A DNA stretch of 64,000 bases from Candidatus Latescibacterota bacterium. Its GTDB lineage: Bacteria; Latescibacterota; UBA2968; GCA-2709665. The notes under the pieces are model-generated. The model searched no databases, was not told where the DNA came from, and saw only the letters and a program-made list of their open reading frames with translations. The stretch is from assembly GCA_965219995.1 (NCBI GenBank), contig CBDCOX010000002.1, positions 4,160,001-4,224,000 on the forward strand. The letters run 5' to 3'. Made by a program: the position numbers and the translations under genes. This document shows, one piece after another, positions 42,544-52,830 of this stretch (within the stretch, counting starts at the first letter, position 1; each line of letters starts with the position of its first letter).

Positions 42544-43584
42544 ATGAATAACGCCGGGTGGGCGCGCGTTCATGAGGACGACCGCAGGATCCGGATCGAG
42601 ACCGGCGAACTCGAAGCCGCGATTCCCAAGAAGGACCCGGTGCGATGGATGACCGGGATTGAGAAAGGGTCGTTCGTCGACAGGAAAACCGGATTCTCCG
42701 AAATCGGCGACGGCCTGATGGTGGTCGATTGGCTGATGGAGCCCGGCAGCGACGAATCGTGGCGCGAGAGCGTAATTGCTGAAGACGGGCACGGCCTGGG
42801 GCGATACCGCTGGCATGAGAACGAGTCAGATTCCGGGAGCAGGGAATACGCCATCCTTGCCCACGGAAGCAGCCATCGCAAGCGCATGATCGAGGGACCG
42901 CAACTCTGCCACCGGATGAAGCCCGTTCAGCCGGACGTGGTCCACGGGACGGACTTCGTCGCGGTGAGAACCCGGTACCGTTTTGAATACGCGGCGCCCG
43001 GCCGGAATACGGGGTCTCGGTGGACGCAGTTGATCGTGTTCCCCAAGGGTGAGCGGTTTTTCGTATTGATGGACCGCATCGAGAGTGTGAACGATTCACC
43101 GGAGATGTTTCTCAGGAACGACACGCCCGGCTGCGTCCGGCATACGCGGGGCGATACGTTCAGCGAGATTTATCTCAGCTATCTGAGCGGCCCGGGCGGC
43201 GTGCGCATCCCGTCCAGTGAATTCTTCGATCCGTTCCCTCCCGACCGGAAATTCGGGTATCGCCGCGACCTGAACAGAACGCCCCGCCGATTCATCCGGG
43301 CGTACCGCCTGCGGGATCCGGAAACGGGCGAAAGCGGGCCCTGGCTGGGCGGCCTGACGCTGGATCCCTCCGTCGTCTGCGAAGCCTGGTGCAGCCAGCG
43401 GCCCGGGGATATCATCGTGATGATCCTCGAGATGCATGGCAGGCCGGTGCAGGCGGGGGATACGTTCAGCGCGGCCCATATCGTAGGGTATTTCGACAAC
43501 ATTGAGGACATGCACGCGGTATACGATCGTCACGAGGGACACAGGAGTCTGGCGGTGGATTCATCGGGCTGGGAACTGAGGTAG
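42544..43584 (+). CDS. Conserved hypothetical protein
   Basis: Long ORF with coding-like codon bias in operon orientation; no motif recognised. Confidence 0.7.
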   Translation: MNNAGWARVHEDDRRIRIETGELEAAIPKKDPVRWMTGIEKGSFVDRKTGFSEIGDGLMVVDWLMEPGSDESWRESVIAEDGHGLGRYRWHENESDSGSREYAILAHGSSHRKRMIEGPQLCHRMKPVQPDVVHGTDFVAVRTRYRFEYAAPGRNTGSRWTQLIVFPKGERFFVLMDRIESVNDSPEMFLRNDTPGCVRHTRGDTFSEIYLSYLSGPGGVRIPSSEFFDPFPPDRKFGYRRDLNRTPRRFIRAYRLRDPETGESGPWLGGLTLDPSVVCEAWCSQRPGDIIVMILEMHGRPVQAGDTFSAAHIVGYFDNIEDMHAVYDRHEGHRSLAVDSSGWELR

Positions 43585-43658
43585 GGATCCGGCCTTGGCA
43601 GGCGCGGCACGACGGAGAAATCGAGGCGGCGTCGAAACTTTATCCGGGAGCAATCTCT

Positions 43659-44600
43659 ATGAACAACGTGGTGAAGGGACCCGATTGGGTATGCGTCACG
43701 GAGAAGGCGGCTTGGCAGGCGCGGGATTCGCAGGGGGAAATGGTGTGGGACGGCCACATGTGGATTTTTGGCGGCTGGTTCACCCCGCAAACCCCCAACC
43801 CGCGGGACGTCTGGAAGTCATCCGACGGGAAGAATTGGACATGTACGGTGGAGGTCGCACCCTGGGAACACGGCGACCTTCCGGCAACCATGCCATTCAA
43901 GGACCGGATATGGCTGATGGGGGGGCGAAAATTACCGGGCAAGGAGAATACGAACACGGTATGGTCGTCGCCCGACGGCGCCGAGTGGGTCCTGGAAACG
44001 GATGATCCAGGCTGGTGTCCCCGGGTATCGCCCTCGTTTGTCGTGTTCAAGGACAGGATGTGGATCATGGGTGGAACCGAAAATTTCTACCAGGACGACG
44101 ACACGACGCTCAAGAACGACGTCTGGTCCACCGCCGACGGCCGGATCTGGAGGTGCGAAGTCGAAAACGCGGCCTGGTCGAAACGAACCCACGCCCAGGC
44201 CGTGGTCTTCAGGGATAAGATCTGGATCATGGGCGGCGGCGCCTGGCAGCCCGAGACCATCCCCCTCAACGACGTATGGTGTTCCGAAGACGGCGCCAAC
44301 TGGACTCAGGTGACGGCCGGGGCGCCCTGGAAGAAACGGATGTGGTTTTCCCTGGTCGTCTACCGGGACCATATGTGGGTTCTGGGGGGATGGTCGCGCA
44401 AGGACGGCGACTTCGGGGACGTCTGGTACTCGAAAGACGGCGCCAACTGGACGGAACTCAAATCCGACGCGATCTGGACAAATCGCCACGAGCATTCGGC
44501 CTACGTGTTCAAGGACAGAATCTGGCTGGCCGGCGGTCATGCCAGGCCGTTGAACAGCGAGGTCTGGTCACTGGAGTTGTCGCGGGACTGGCAGGGTTGA
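43659..44600 (+). CDS. Kelch-like beta-propeller protein
   Basis: Six repeats of W..R.....VFKD.MW.MGG...DVW.S.DG.NW. Confidence 0.85.
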   Translation: MNNVVKGPDWVCVTEKAAWQARDSQGEMVWDGHMWIFGGWFTPQTPNPRDVWKSSDGKNWTCTVEVAPWEHGDLPATMPFKDRIWLMGGRKLPGKENTNTVWSSPDGAEWVLETDDPGWCPRVSPSFVVFKDRMWIMGGTENFYQDDDTTLKNDVWSTADGRIWRCEVENAAWSKRTHAQAVVFRDKIWIMGGGAWQPETIPLNDVWCSEDGANWTQVTAGAPWKKRMWFSLVVYRDHMWVLGGWSRKDGDFGDVWYSKDGANWTELKSDAIWTNRHEHSAYVFKDRIWLAGGHARPLNSEVWSLELSRDWQG

Positions 44601-44675
44601 GAAGGGGACTTGACGCAACGGACCTGCCCGGGTTTCTGTACCAGAGAGCAATCCGCAATCAGGAGGAATTTCAAT

Positions 44676-45863
44676 ATGAAGATCAAGTCCGTCCGGGCCG
44701 TTCAGGTGAACTTTCCAGAGACCTACGGGCACCCGAAGCCCGGTCCCGTGGAATACAAGACGGCGCGCCGTCCTTCCTGGGCCTCGCAGGGTCCTGTAGC
44801 CAACCCCATGACGCGTTATCCGCGTTACGCCGCGTTCCGTCCGTCCTGGCTGCCGAAATGGGGAGGGTTCGGCTGTGCCGTCGAGGCCGAAGACGGCACG
44901 CTGGGTTTCGCCACGGCCAGCCATGGCCGTCCGGTGGCGGCCGTCATCGATGATTTTCTCGGACCGAGGCTGGTGGGTGAGAGCTGCATGGCGACTGAAA
45001 AGTGCTACGATATGATGGTGCGGATGGGCGCTTCTTATGGCGCTACGGGCCTGCATGCGTACGCCGTGAGCGCAATTGACCTCGCACTGTGGGATCTCAA
45101 GGGCAAGCTCCTGGACCGGCCGGTATACGAACTGCTGGGCGGACCCGCGCGAGACGAGATGTTCTGCTATGCCACCGGCGGGGACGCCGACTGGTACCTG
45201 GAACTCGGATTCGAGGCCGTCAAGCTGCCCTGCCCGTACGGTCCGGCGGACGGCCTGGAGGGCCTCCGGAAGAACGTCGATCTCGTGGCCGGTACGCGAG
45301 ACCTGGCGGGCGACAACGTGGAACTGATGCTGGACTGCTGGATGGCGTTCGACGTGGAGTACGCCGTACGCCTGGCGGAGGAACTGCGTCCGTTCAAACT
45401 CAAATGGATGGAGGAAATGCTCCGCTCGGAGGATCTGGATGCCCACGCCGAGCTGCGCCGCCGGCTTCCGTGGGCCACCCTGGCCACCGGCGAACACTGG
45501 TACACGACCGTCCCGTTCCAGCACGCGGCAAGCCGGCACCTGCTGGACATCTTCCAGCCCGATATCAACTGGGTGGGCGGCCTCACCGCTGTGGTCAAGA
45601 TCTGCGCAATTGCAGAGGCAGCGGGCATCTCGGTCATTCCCCACGGCGGCGGGAATACGCCGTACGGGCAGCACGTCTGTTACGCGATGCCGGCAATCCC
45701 GTGGACCGAATGTTACATCGCCAGCCCGCCGGGCGTGGACCCGGATGAAGCCGCGCGGCCCCCCGGCGTTTCCGCCCCCCGGGACGGACGGATGAAGCCG
45801 GTCGACGGACCGGGCTTCGGCGTGGAGGTCACGGAAGCACAGGTGTCCCCGTTTCAATATTAG
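44676..45863 (+). CDS. Mandelate racemase/enolase superfamily, L-rhamnonate dehydratase-like
   Basis: RBS AGGAGG; SAIDLALWDLKGK, KLPCPYGP, MLDCWM, WMEE, TGEH, QPDI and PHGG motifs. Confidence 0.88.
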   Translation: MKIKSVRAVQVNFPETYGHPKPGPVEYKTARRPSWASQGPVANPMTRYPRYAAFRPSWLPKWGGFGCAVEAEDGTLGFATASHGRPVAAVIDDFLGPRLVGESCMATEKCYDMMVRMGASYGATGLHAYAVSAIDLALWDLKGKLLDRPVYELLGGPARDEMFCYATGGDADWYLELGFEAVKLPCPYGPADGLEGLRKNVDLVAGTRDLAGDNVELMLDCWMAFDVEYAVRLAEELRPFKLKWMEEMLRSEDLDAHAELRRRLPWATLATGEHWYTTVPFQHAASRHLLDIFQPDINWVGGLTAVVKICAIAEAAGISVIPHGGGNTPYGQHVCYAMPAIPWTECYIASPPGVDPDEAARPPGVSAPRDGRMKPVDGPGFGVEVTEAQVSPFQY

Positions 45864-45967
45864 AAGGGCGCCGGATTGCGGCAAGCTCCGTCGACAGCAC
45901 CGGGTAGGGATGTCATTCTCCCGCTTGCCACCCGCGAGGTCTGCCTGTGAACACCAGAGGATGCACG

Positions 45968-47692
45968 ATGAATCTGAATGTGTGGGTCATCGCGGCCGCA
46001 CTGGCGACGGGCAACGGGAATGTCAATCCGTCGCCGGCGTGGGCGGGGAATGCCGCCGATAGAGCAACCGCAAACTGCTGGCGGTCGGCGAGTTCGGACT
46101 GTGTCTTGCGGCTGACGCTTCAGGCCGCAAAGGCATTCGCCGCGAGATCCGATTGGGAATTGGAAATACGGGCCGGAGCGTTTGCCGCGGGCGCGGCCGC
46201 CCAGGCCATGAAGGACGATGCGGAGGACGCGAGCGTTAATTTCGATCGGGCGGTTGCCGCCGCCCGCACGATAGAGGGCGGATATGCCCGCGCCCGCGCG
46301 TTACGTAACGTTGCGTCCGTCCAGGCTGGCGCGGGAGCCGTCGAATCGGCCCGGGCGATCGCCGCGTCGATCGGAGATGCGCAGGGCAGGCTCGCCGCGC
46401 TGGTCGACGTTGCGTCGGCGTCGGCGAAACAGGGAGACCTCGGGGCAGCCCTGGAGAGTTTTCGCATCGCCGCCGCGACTGCGCGTTCCACTGGAGAAAG
46501 CCGTCTGCGCAAGCGAGGCCTGAGCAAGGTCGCCGTCGCGCAGGCGGCGGTCGGATACACCGCTTCTGCCCGAGGGACCGCGAGGTCGATTGAAGACGTG
46601 GAAGGGCGGGTCGCCGCCCTGTCCGACGTGGCGTTGACGCTGGCGAAGCAGGGAAGGGACGAAGACGCCAGGGCGTTCTTCGACCTGGCCGTTGAGGACG
46701 CGGGTGACGTCATCGACGGATATCGCCGGGCAATCGCGCTGGGCAAGGTCGCATGGGCGCAGGCGGAAACGGGTGACGAAACCGGAGCCCGCAAAACGCT
46801 GGACAGAGCCCTCCAGGCAGGCGGGCAAGGGATGGACATTTACAGCGCCGGCGTGACGATTGCTTCGCTCACCGACGTCGATCCTTACGCATTCATCCGG
46901 ATCGCAGGCGCTCAGAGGAGGGTAGAGGACCTTAATGGCGCTCGCCAGACCCTGCGCAGGGCGTTTCAGTCGGCCAGCGAGGATTCGTCGCCGTCTCAGG
47001 TGAAATGGCTGTTCAATATCGCATCGGCACAGTCGGCGGCCGGAGATGCCGACGGCGCGCGGCAGACCGTAGAAGCCGCCGCCCGCCGCCTCAGGTCCGA
47101 CGGCGATGGCGACCTCGCGCAGAACCTGGTCTACCATGTCGCGGCGGACCAGCTGCAGACGCTGCTCGAAATTGCCGCATCGATAGACCCCCAGGACATT
47201 GCGACAAGGAGAAATCTGGCCTATCACGTGGCCATGCGCCAGGCGCAGACGGGCGAGATACCCCGCAGCCTGCAAAATGCGAAGATAATCGACAACGTTG
47301 CGAGGCGGGATGCGGTCTTCAGGGAGATCGTAAGCGCGCAGGCACGCGCCGGGCGATTCACGGCGGCCACGTCGACGGCACGGTCAATCGGGGATTCGAA
47401 CAAAAGGGTCCGGGCGCTGTCTGAGATCGCGCAGGCGCAGGCGCAATCGGGTGACGTTGTCGGCGCCGGAAAAACCCTTCGCCGGGCGACAGCGGAACTG
47501 AGCGGATCACGTGGCGCCGTGATCACCACGTGGACCTGCACCGACCTTGCCAGGGCGCAGGTCGAGGCGGGTCGGCCCGGCGAAGCGAAGCAGACCCTGC
47601 GTTACGCCCTCGGGCAGCTCAGGTCGGCCTCCCCGCTCGCCCGCGCTACCTGGCTGCCGGAAATACTGGACGTGATCATGAAGATGGAATAG
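45968..47692 (+). CDS. Secreted TPR/HEAT-like helical repeat protein
   Basis: Repeated A...ARSI.D...R..AL..IA.AQA..GD units; signal-like N terminus. Confidence 0.75.
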   Translation: MNLNVWVIAAALATGNGNVNPSPAWAGNAADRATANCWRSASSDCVLRLTLQAAKAFAARSDWELEIRAGAFAAGAAAQAMKDDAEDASVNFDRAVAAARTIEGGYARARALRNVASVQAGAGAVESARAIAASIGDAQGRLAALVDVASASAKQGDLGAALESFRIAAATARSTGESRLRKRGLSKVAVAQAAVGYTASARGTARSIEDVEGRVAALSDVALTLAKQGRDEDARAFFDLAVEDAGDVIDGYRRAIALGKVAWAQAETGDETGARKTLDRALQAGGQGMDIYSAGVTIASLTDVDPYAFIRIAGAQRRVEDLNGARQTLRRAFQSASEDSSPSQVKWLFNIASAQSAAGDADGARQTVEAAARRLRSDGDGDLAQNLVYHVAADQLQTLLEIAASIDPQDIATRRNLAYHVAMRQAQTGEIPRSLQNAKIIDNVARRDAVFREIVSAQARAGRFTAATSTARSIGDSNKRVRALSEIAQAQAQSGDVVGAGKTLRRATAELSGSRGAVITTWTCTDLARAQVEAGRPGEAKQTLRYALGQLRSASPLARATWLPEILDVIMKME

Positions 47693-47704
47693 AAAATGGC
47701 GTCC

Positions 47705-48052
47705 AGTGTCCTGTCCCAAAAATACCTCACCATTCCTCCGCCGATTCATCCCGTCTCGCTGCGGTGTGATCTCGTGACTTCGGTAAGAGGTTAGACGATA
47801 GAGGAAAAAACTGAAAGTGGTGAGACGGGAGACGGGAGCCGTGAGATGACATCATTGCCCGTTTGGTTTTTCCGTTATGCCTCCGGCACAAAATGAAACC
47901 GGACGCGGCGGACAATCTCTCCCCTCTTACGTCTAACGTCTCCCCGCCTTTAGGGCACTCATATCATCTCCCCTCTCCCCTCTCACCGCCTTTAGAGAAC
48001 TGTCGCTTTCACACGGCCGAATTTAGGCAACTTATTTCCGGGACAGAACACT
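47705..48052. mobile_element. MITE-like element (~348 bp), inverted relative to 31093-31446
   Basis: Ends AGTGTCCTGTCCCAAAAATA / TTATTTCCGGGACAGAACACT; about 100 bp and 45 bp of terminal homology to the 31 kb copy. Confidence 0.65.
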
Positions 48053-48162
48053 AGCGGGGACATCGATCGAATCGTTACAGAAATGCGAATGCGAACGGAG
48101 GCGCCAGGAAATCGGGCGTCTCTTTTGGGTGTAAACGACCGGTCTGCGATGCGGCCGTAACG

Positions 48163-48200
48163 AAAAGAAGGCGGGCGCCGCTCTTCCGGCGCCCGCCTTT
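48163..48200 (-). terminator. Rho-independent terminator of the cold-shock gene
   Basis: AAGGCGGGCGCCG-N6-CGGCGCCCGCCTT stem with a U-rich tail on the minus strand. Confidence 0.8.
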
Positions 48201-48222
48201 ACGTGTAAATGCTTCGTTACTC

Positions 48223-48423
48223 CTATCGCTTGGTCACATTTGCCGCCTGGAGCCCCTTCGGGCCTTCGACGATGTCGAATTCGACCTCATCACCCTCGGC
48301 CAAAGACTTGAAACCCTCAGCCTGGATTGCCGAAAAATGCACGAATACGTCTTCCCCGCCGTCCTGCTCGATGAAACCAAAGCCCTTGGCGTCGTTGAAC
48401 CACTTCACTCGACCGTCAGCCAC
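48223..48423 (-). CDS. cspA: Cold-shock protein
   Basis: [22 protein letters not shown] and [10 protein letters not shown] motifs. Confidence 0.96.
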   Translation of the reverse strand: MADGRVKWFNDAKGFGFIEQDGGEDVFVHFSAIQAEGFKSLAEGDEVEFDIVEGPKGLQAANVTKR

Positions 48424-48568
48424 TGCTAATTCACCACCTTTCTACCTTGAACTGAATGTGCAGACAATCAAAAAGGCAAGGACCCGAAATTCTGATCCTT
48501 GCCGAATCGTTTTTTTCGACTGCACAGGAGACAGAAACAACGTCCTTCTATTTACAACATCACACACT

Positions 48569-48597
48569 AAGTTAAGTGCTTCGGTTTCGAATGTCAA
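48569..48597 (-). promoter_or_regulatory. Sigma70 promoter of csp with a ~140-nt 5' UTR
   Basis: TTGACA-N17-TAACTT on the minus strand. Confidence 0.6.
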
Positions 48598-48699
48598 CAT
48601 CTTTTTTACATTGGATGAATTTTCGCACCTCACGCCGGAATCTGACCGACCGGGCCGATGCGACGCCGGCCAGGTCCGAACTGCCCGAACAGTTGCGCA

Positions 48700-49026
48700 T
48701 CAGTGCGTCGAATTGGAGAGATGCAGGCCTGTTACGCCGCCGATAATCAGCCCGATGGAGATCAGTTTGACCGCGGTGACCGGCTCTTTGAAGTACCAGA
48801 AACCGATAACGCTGATGACAGCGGTCCCCAGGCCCGCCCAGACGGCGTATGCAATGCTGACCGGGATCTGTTTGAGCGCCATGGTCAGTCCTGTCAGGGA
48901 GGCCAGGTAGAAGACGGCCACGCCGATCGAGGGCCACAAACGGGCGAATCCGTCCGAGAGTTTCATACATGTCGTGCCGGCGACTTCCAGAACGATGGCG
49001 AAAAAAAGGTACAACCAGCTGGCCAT
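48700..49026 (-). CDS. SMR family (EmrE/QacE) small multidrug transporter
   Basis: WLYL..AIVLEVAGTTCMKLSDGF and IAYAVWAGLG motifs. Confidence 0.92.
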   Translation of the reverse strand: MASWLYLFFAIVLEVAGTTCMKLSDGFARLWPSIGVAVFYLASLTGLTMALKQIPVSIAYAVWAGLGTAVISVIGFWYFKEPVTAVKLISIGLIIGGVTGLHLSNSTH

Positions 49027-49150
49027 TGACAGATCTCCTCGGCGGATGATGGTTGCGGTTGACTTTCGTCGGGTCCGTTGGCATTTTAGCCACGTTCCAC
49101 GGATGAGGCAAACGCAATCCAGGGGGTTTTTCAACGGAAAGGACAATTGA

Positions 49151-50017
49151 ATGTCGCTGCCGATCATTATGCACGTGAATTACTGTGAACAGGGGCAGAC
49201 GATCCCTGAGATGTGTCGGAAGGCGGTAGGCTGGGGATACGACGGGATCGAGTTCCGTCGGGTTCGCCGGGGTGACGAGGAGACGACCGAGCAGTACCTG
49301 GATACGATCGCCGCGGCCGCGGAAGCCTCGGGACTGAAGCACGTGTTGTTCGGGGGCCCCGGCGTGGAGTTGATGCAGGAAGATGCCGGCCTCCGCAGGG
49401 CGCAGGTGGAGGAGGGGATAAGGTTCTATCGTCTCGCCGGCGAACGGCTGAAGCTGACGGTGTGCAATATCATGGCAGGTACATTGCGCAGTACGGACCC
49501 GAAGGCGGGGTCGGCGCATCATTTGCATGGTTCCGGAGCCGCGTCGGCGTACCATTACGAATGGGCCGCCGAGGGATTCAGGGAACTCGGCGCGGTCGCC
49601 GAGGAGATCGGATTCAAGCTGGCGTTCGAGATCCACATGGGCTATGTACACGATCTGCCCGCGCCCACGATGAAGCTCCTGGACATGATCGGTTCATCGG
49701 CTGTGGGGGCGAATCTGGACTACGGGAATATGGTGTATTTCCCGTCATGTCCGTCTATCGGCGAAACTGTATCCACGCTGGGGGAGAAGCTGTTCATGGT
49801 ACACCTGAAGAACTCGATGCCAGCGGGCGACGGACGGAACGCCGTGGGCCTGGGCGACGGTACGATCAACCACCGGGAGTACCTGCTGGCCTTGAAAGAC
49901 GCCGGTTTCGACGGTCCCGTCTGCATCGAAGCGCCCAGGGCGGGCGACCGGGAGTGGTACGCCCGGCAGGACGTCGCATATCTGAAATCGGTCTTGAAGG
50001 ATCTTGCGCTGGGGTAG
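49151..50017 (+). CDS. Sugar phosphate isomerase/epimerase (xylose isomerase-like TIM barrel)
   Basis: GYDGIE, FEIH, LDYGN, VHLKN and CIE motifs. Confidence 0.88.
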   Translation: MSLPIIMHVNYCEQGQTIPEMCRKAVGWGYDGIEFRRVRRGDEETTEQYLDTIAAAAEASGLKHVLFGGPGVELMQEDAGLRRAQVEEGIRFYRLAGERLKLTVCNIMAGTLRSTDPKAGSAHHLHGSGAASAYHYEWAAEGFRELGAVAEEIGFKLAFEIHMGYVHDLPAPTMKLLDMIGSSAVGANLDYGNMVYFPSCPSIGETVSTLGEKLFMVHLKNSMPAGDGRNAVGLGDGTINHREYLLALKDAGFDGPVCIEAPRAGDREWYARQDVAYLKSVLKDLALG

Positions 50018-50078
50018 TATCGGCGTCCGTTTCAGGGATCGAGTTGATCGAAGTTTCGTTCTTCGACAGCGGGTCCCG

Positions 50079-51023
50079 TCAGTTCAGGACCAGGCGGGAC
50101 GCTCCCAGGACGCCGGCGTCGTTGCCCAGTTCGGCCGGGAGGATGCGGGTATGATGGAACATCCCCTCCAGCGTGTATTCTCTGGCCGCGGCGTTGATGG
50201 GGTCCAGAAGAACGCGGCCGGCGGCTGAAATTCCCCCGCCGATGGCGATTACGTCGGGGCTGATGACATTGATGATATTGGCAATGGCGATGCCGAGATA
50301 ACGGGCAACGCGTGCGACGGCTTCACGGGCGAGGCGGTCGCCGTTTTTCGCGGCCAGGCAAATGGTTTCGGGGGTGAGGGGCTCCGCGTTTGAGAGGGAA
50401 GCAGGCGGCGCCTCCGGCAGGCGGCGGCGAACGTATCGGACCATCGCGGGACCGGCGGTGAGCGCTTCCAGACATCCTTTTTTTCCGCATCCGCAGACAG
50501 GGCCGTCCGGCTCCATGCACATGTGCCCGATCTCGCCCGCGGCGAACGAGGCGCCATGGTGGATGCCGCCGCCCAGAACGAGTCCGCCTCCGATGCCCGT
50601 TCCCAGGGTGATGAGGAAGAGAGATTCGCATCCGCGGCCCGCCCCCAGGTGGGCTTCTCCCATGGCGGCAACGCTGGCGTCGTTGTCGATTTCAACGCGC
50701 AGCTGGATCCGTTCCTCCAGGATCCGCTTGAACGGGACGCGGCGCCAGTGGAGATTGGGGGCGATAATCACGTCTCCCTCCGCCGTGGTAACGCCGGGCA
50801 CGCCGATACCAACGCCGGCCACGTCGTCGTTCGCCAGGCCGTGCCGGTGGCAAAGGGTTTCGAAGAGTTCCGCGATCCGGTCCGCCACGCCGTGTTCGCC
50901 GCTGCCGACGTCCGTGGGAACACGGGCTTTGCCTTCGATGCGACCGTCTGCGTCGATGAGCGCGCCCTTGATGCTGCCGCCGCCGAGATCGATGCCGACC
51001 GCATGTCGATGTTGACCTGCCAT
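50079..51023 (-). CDS. ROK family sugar kinase (glucokinase-like)
   Basis: GIDLGG, DNDA, LGTGIGGG and AGEIGH...C.CG..GCLE motifs. Confidence 0.92.
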   Translation of the reverse strand: MAGQHRHAVGIDLGGGSIKGALIDADGRIEGKARVPTDVGSGEHGVADRIAELFETLCHRHGLANDDVAGVGIGVPGVTTAEGDVIIAPNLHWRRVPFKRILEERIQLRVEIDNDASVAAMGEAHLGAGRGCESLFLITLGTGIGGGLVLGGGIHHGASFAAGEIGHMCMEPDGPVCGCGKKGCLEALTAGPAMVRYVRRRLPEAPPASLSNAEPLTPETICLAAKNGDRLAREAVARVARYLGIAIANIINVISPDVIAIGGGISAAGRVLLDPINAAAREYTLEGMFHHTRILPAELGNDAGVLGASRLVLN

Positions 51024-51131
51024 AGCGGACCTTTCCGGTTTGCCCCTGCCGATGAACTTCACGATGTCCTGTCTATTGACGCAGGAGCGATCCGAGGGCG
51101 CCGGTGCTCGTGGCAGGACCGGGTTCGCGAG

Positions 51132-51452
51132 TCAGGCGTTTTCTGCGATCCAGTCCAGGTACGGCGGATGCCCACGGTGTATGGGAAGAGCGATCACTTC
51201 AGGAACATCGTAACTGTGCAGTTCGTTCGCCCGGGCAATGAGCGCGTCGAGGCTGGTCTGTGAAGTCTTGAGGATCATCAGGAATTCGGCATCATCTTCT
51301 ATGGCGCCCTGCCAGCGGTAGATGGACCGGATCTGACCGGTAATATTGGCGCACGCCGCCAGGCGTTCTTCAACCAGGGCGCGGCCGATTCGGGCGGCCT
51401 CCGCTTCGCTCGGAACGGTGATGAACACGACGTAATTCCGGACTTCAGGCAT
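51132..51452 (-). CDS. cutA: Divalent-cation tolerance protein CutA
   Basis: LVEERLAACANI, SIYRWQG and HSYDVPEVIALP motifs. Confidence 0.95.
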   Translation of the reverse strand: MPEVRNYVVFITVPSEAEAARIGRALVEERLAACANITGQIRSIYRWQGAIEDDAEFLMILKTSQTSLDALIARANELHSYDVPEVIALPIHRGHPPYLDWIAENA

Positions 51453-51684
51453 GGATTACCCCCAGGAGTCGAGACCCATACGAATTCGCGTAGCGAAACG
51501 GCACGCTGGCGGCAGACCGGCGCGTTGGAGGGCGGTCGCATGCCGTTGGGATTCCACCGGAATCTCGCACCGCTGAAGATATGCAGAAGGTTGGGAAAGT
51601 CAAGGCGAGAATCGGATTGAAATTACGTCAGGAAAACAGGCGTCTCCGGCGGCGCTCGGCGAGAATTTGAGGTATTCAGACGAA

Positions 51685-52785
51685 ATGGAATCGGTACGAA
51701 CTGACCGCGATGACGGTCTCGATCCGCAGCGTCGGTTGCGGGTCCGCGAGGTGCTTGAACGCCACGTCCGGGCGAAGAGTACGCCCGGTGTGGTGGGGCT
51801 CGCGGTGCGGGGCTCGGGTGGGGTCGCGTTCTGGACGGCAGGTCGGCACACGTACGAGCCGGATTCACCGGAAGTCCGCCAGGACGACATGTACGATCTC
51901 GCGTCGCTGACCAAGGTGATTGCCACAACCTCCATCTGTATGGCGCTTGAACCCCACCTGGACCTGGATGAGCGGGTGGAGAGATACGTACCGGCGTTCA
52001 AGGGGGACGGCAAAGATCGCGTTACGATAAGGCATCTCCTGGCGCATTGCGCTGGACTGCCGGCGCACCAGCGTTTTTTCGAGACCTTGCAAGGTAAGGA
52101 GGCCGTACTGGCGGCCGCATGCAGGACTCCACTGGCCTATCCGCCGGGGACGGGGACAATCTACAGCGACGTGAGCTTTCTGGTGCTGGGGGCTGCCCTG
52201 GAGCGCGTGGGTTGCGCCCCGCTCGAAGAACTGGCTCAGCGGCACGTGTTCGCGCCGATGGGGATGGCGGAGACGATGTATCTGCCCGGGCGCGAATTGC
52301 TGTCAAGAATACCGCCAACGGAATTTCAGGCGGAGCAGCGCCGGGGGATGATTCACGGCGAGGTACACGACGGAAATGCATGGGCGATGGGCGGCGTGGC
52401 GCCGCACGCGGGACTCTTCGGGACCGCGGCCGATCTGGGACGGTTTTTGAGGATGATTCTGAACGGTGGGGTATACGAGGGAAAGCGGGTCTTCTCTGAA
52501 GCCGCCATCCGCCGGTTCACGTCGCGGGCGGGACTGGCGCCGGGCAGTTCCCGCGCGCTGGGATGGGACACGGTATCGAAGGACGGCAGTTCCGCGGGCC
52601 GGCACTTCTCGACTCGCGCGTTCGGACATACCGGATTCACGGGCACTTCCGTCTGGGCGGACCCGGAACTTGACGTGGGCGTGGTGCTACTGACGAACCG
52701 GGTGCATCCCAGCCGCGAGAATGAGGGAATTCGGAGGTTGCGCCCCGAGTTTCACGATGCGGTGATGCAAGTGGTCTTCCGTTGA
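51685..52785 (+). CDS. Serine hydrolase, beta-lactamase family
   Basis: DLASLTK (SxxK), YSD, GEVHD.NA, GHTGFTG and LLTNRVHP motifs. Confidence 0.9.
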   Translation: MESVRTDRDDGLDPQRRLRVREVLERHVRAKSTPGVVGLAVRGSGGVAFWTAGRHTYEPDSPEVRQDDMYDLASLTKVIATTSICMALEPHLDLDERVERYVPAFKGDGKDRVTIRHLLAHCAGLPAHQRFFETLQGKEAVLAAACRTPLAYPPGTGTIYSDVSFLVLGAALERVGCAPLEELAQRHVFAPMGMAETMYLPGRELLSRIPPTEFQAEQRRGMIHGEVHDGNAWAMGGVAPHAGLFGTAADLGRFLRMILNGGVYEGKRVFSEAAIRRFTSRAGLAPGSSRALGWDTVSKDGSSAGRHFSTRAFGHTGFTGTSVWADPELDVGVVLLTNRVHPSRENEGIRRLRPEFHDAVMQVVFR

Positions 52786-52830
52786 GGGCCGCAGTCATTG
52801 GCGGACGAACCGAAGCGTCTCGATTCCCGG

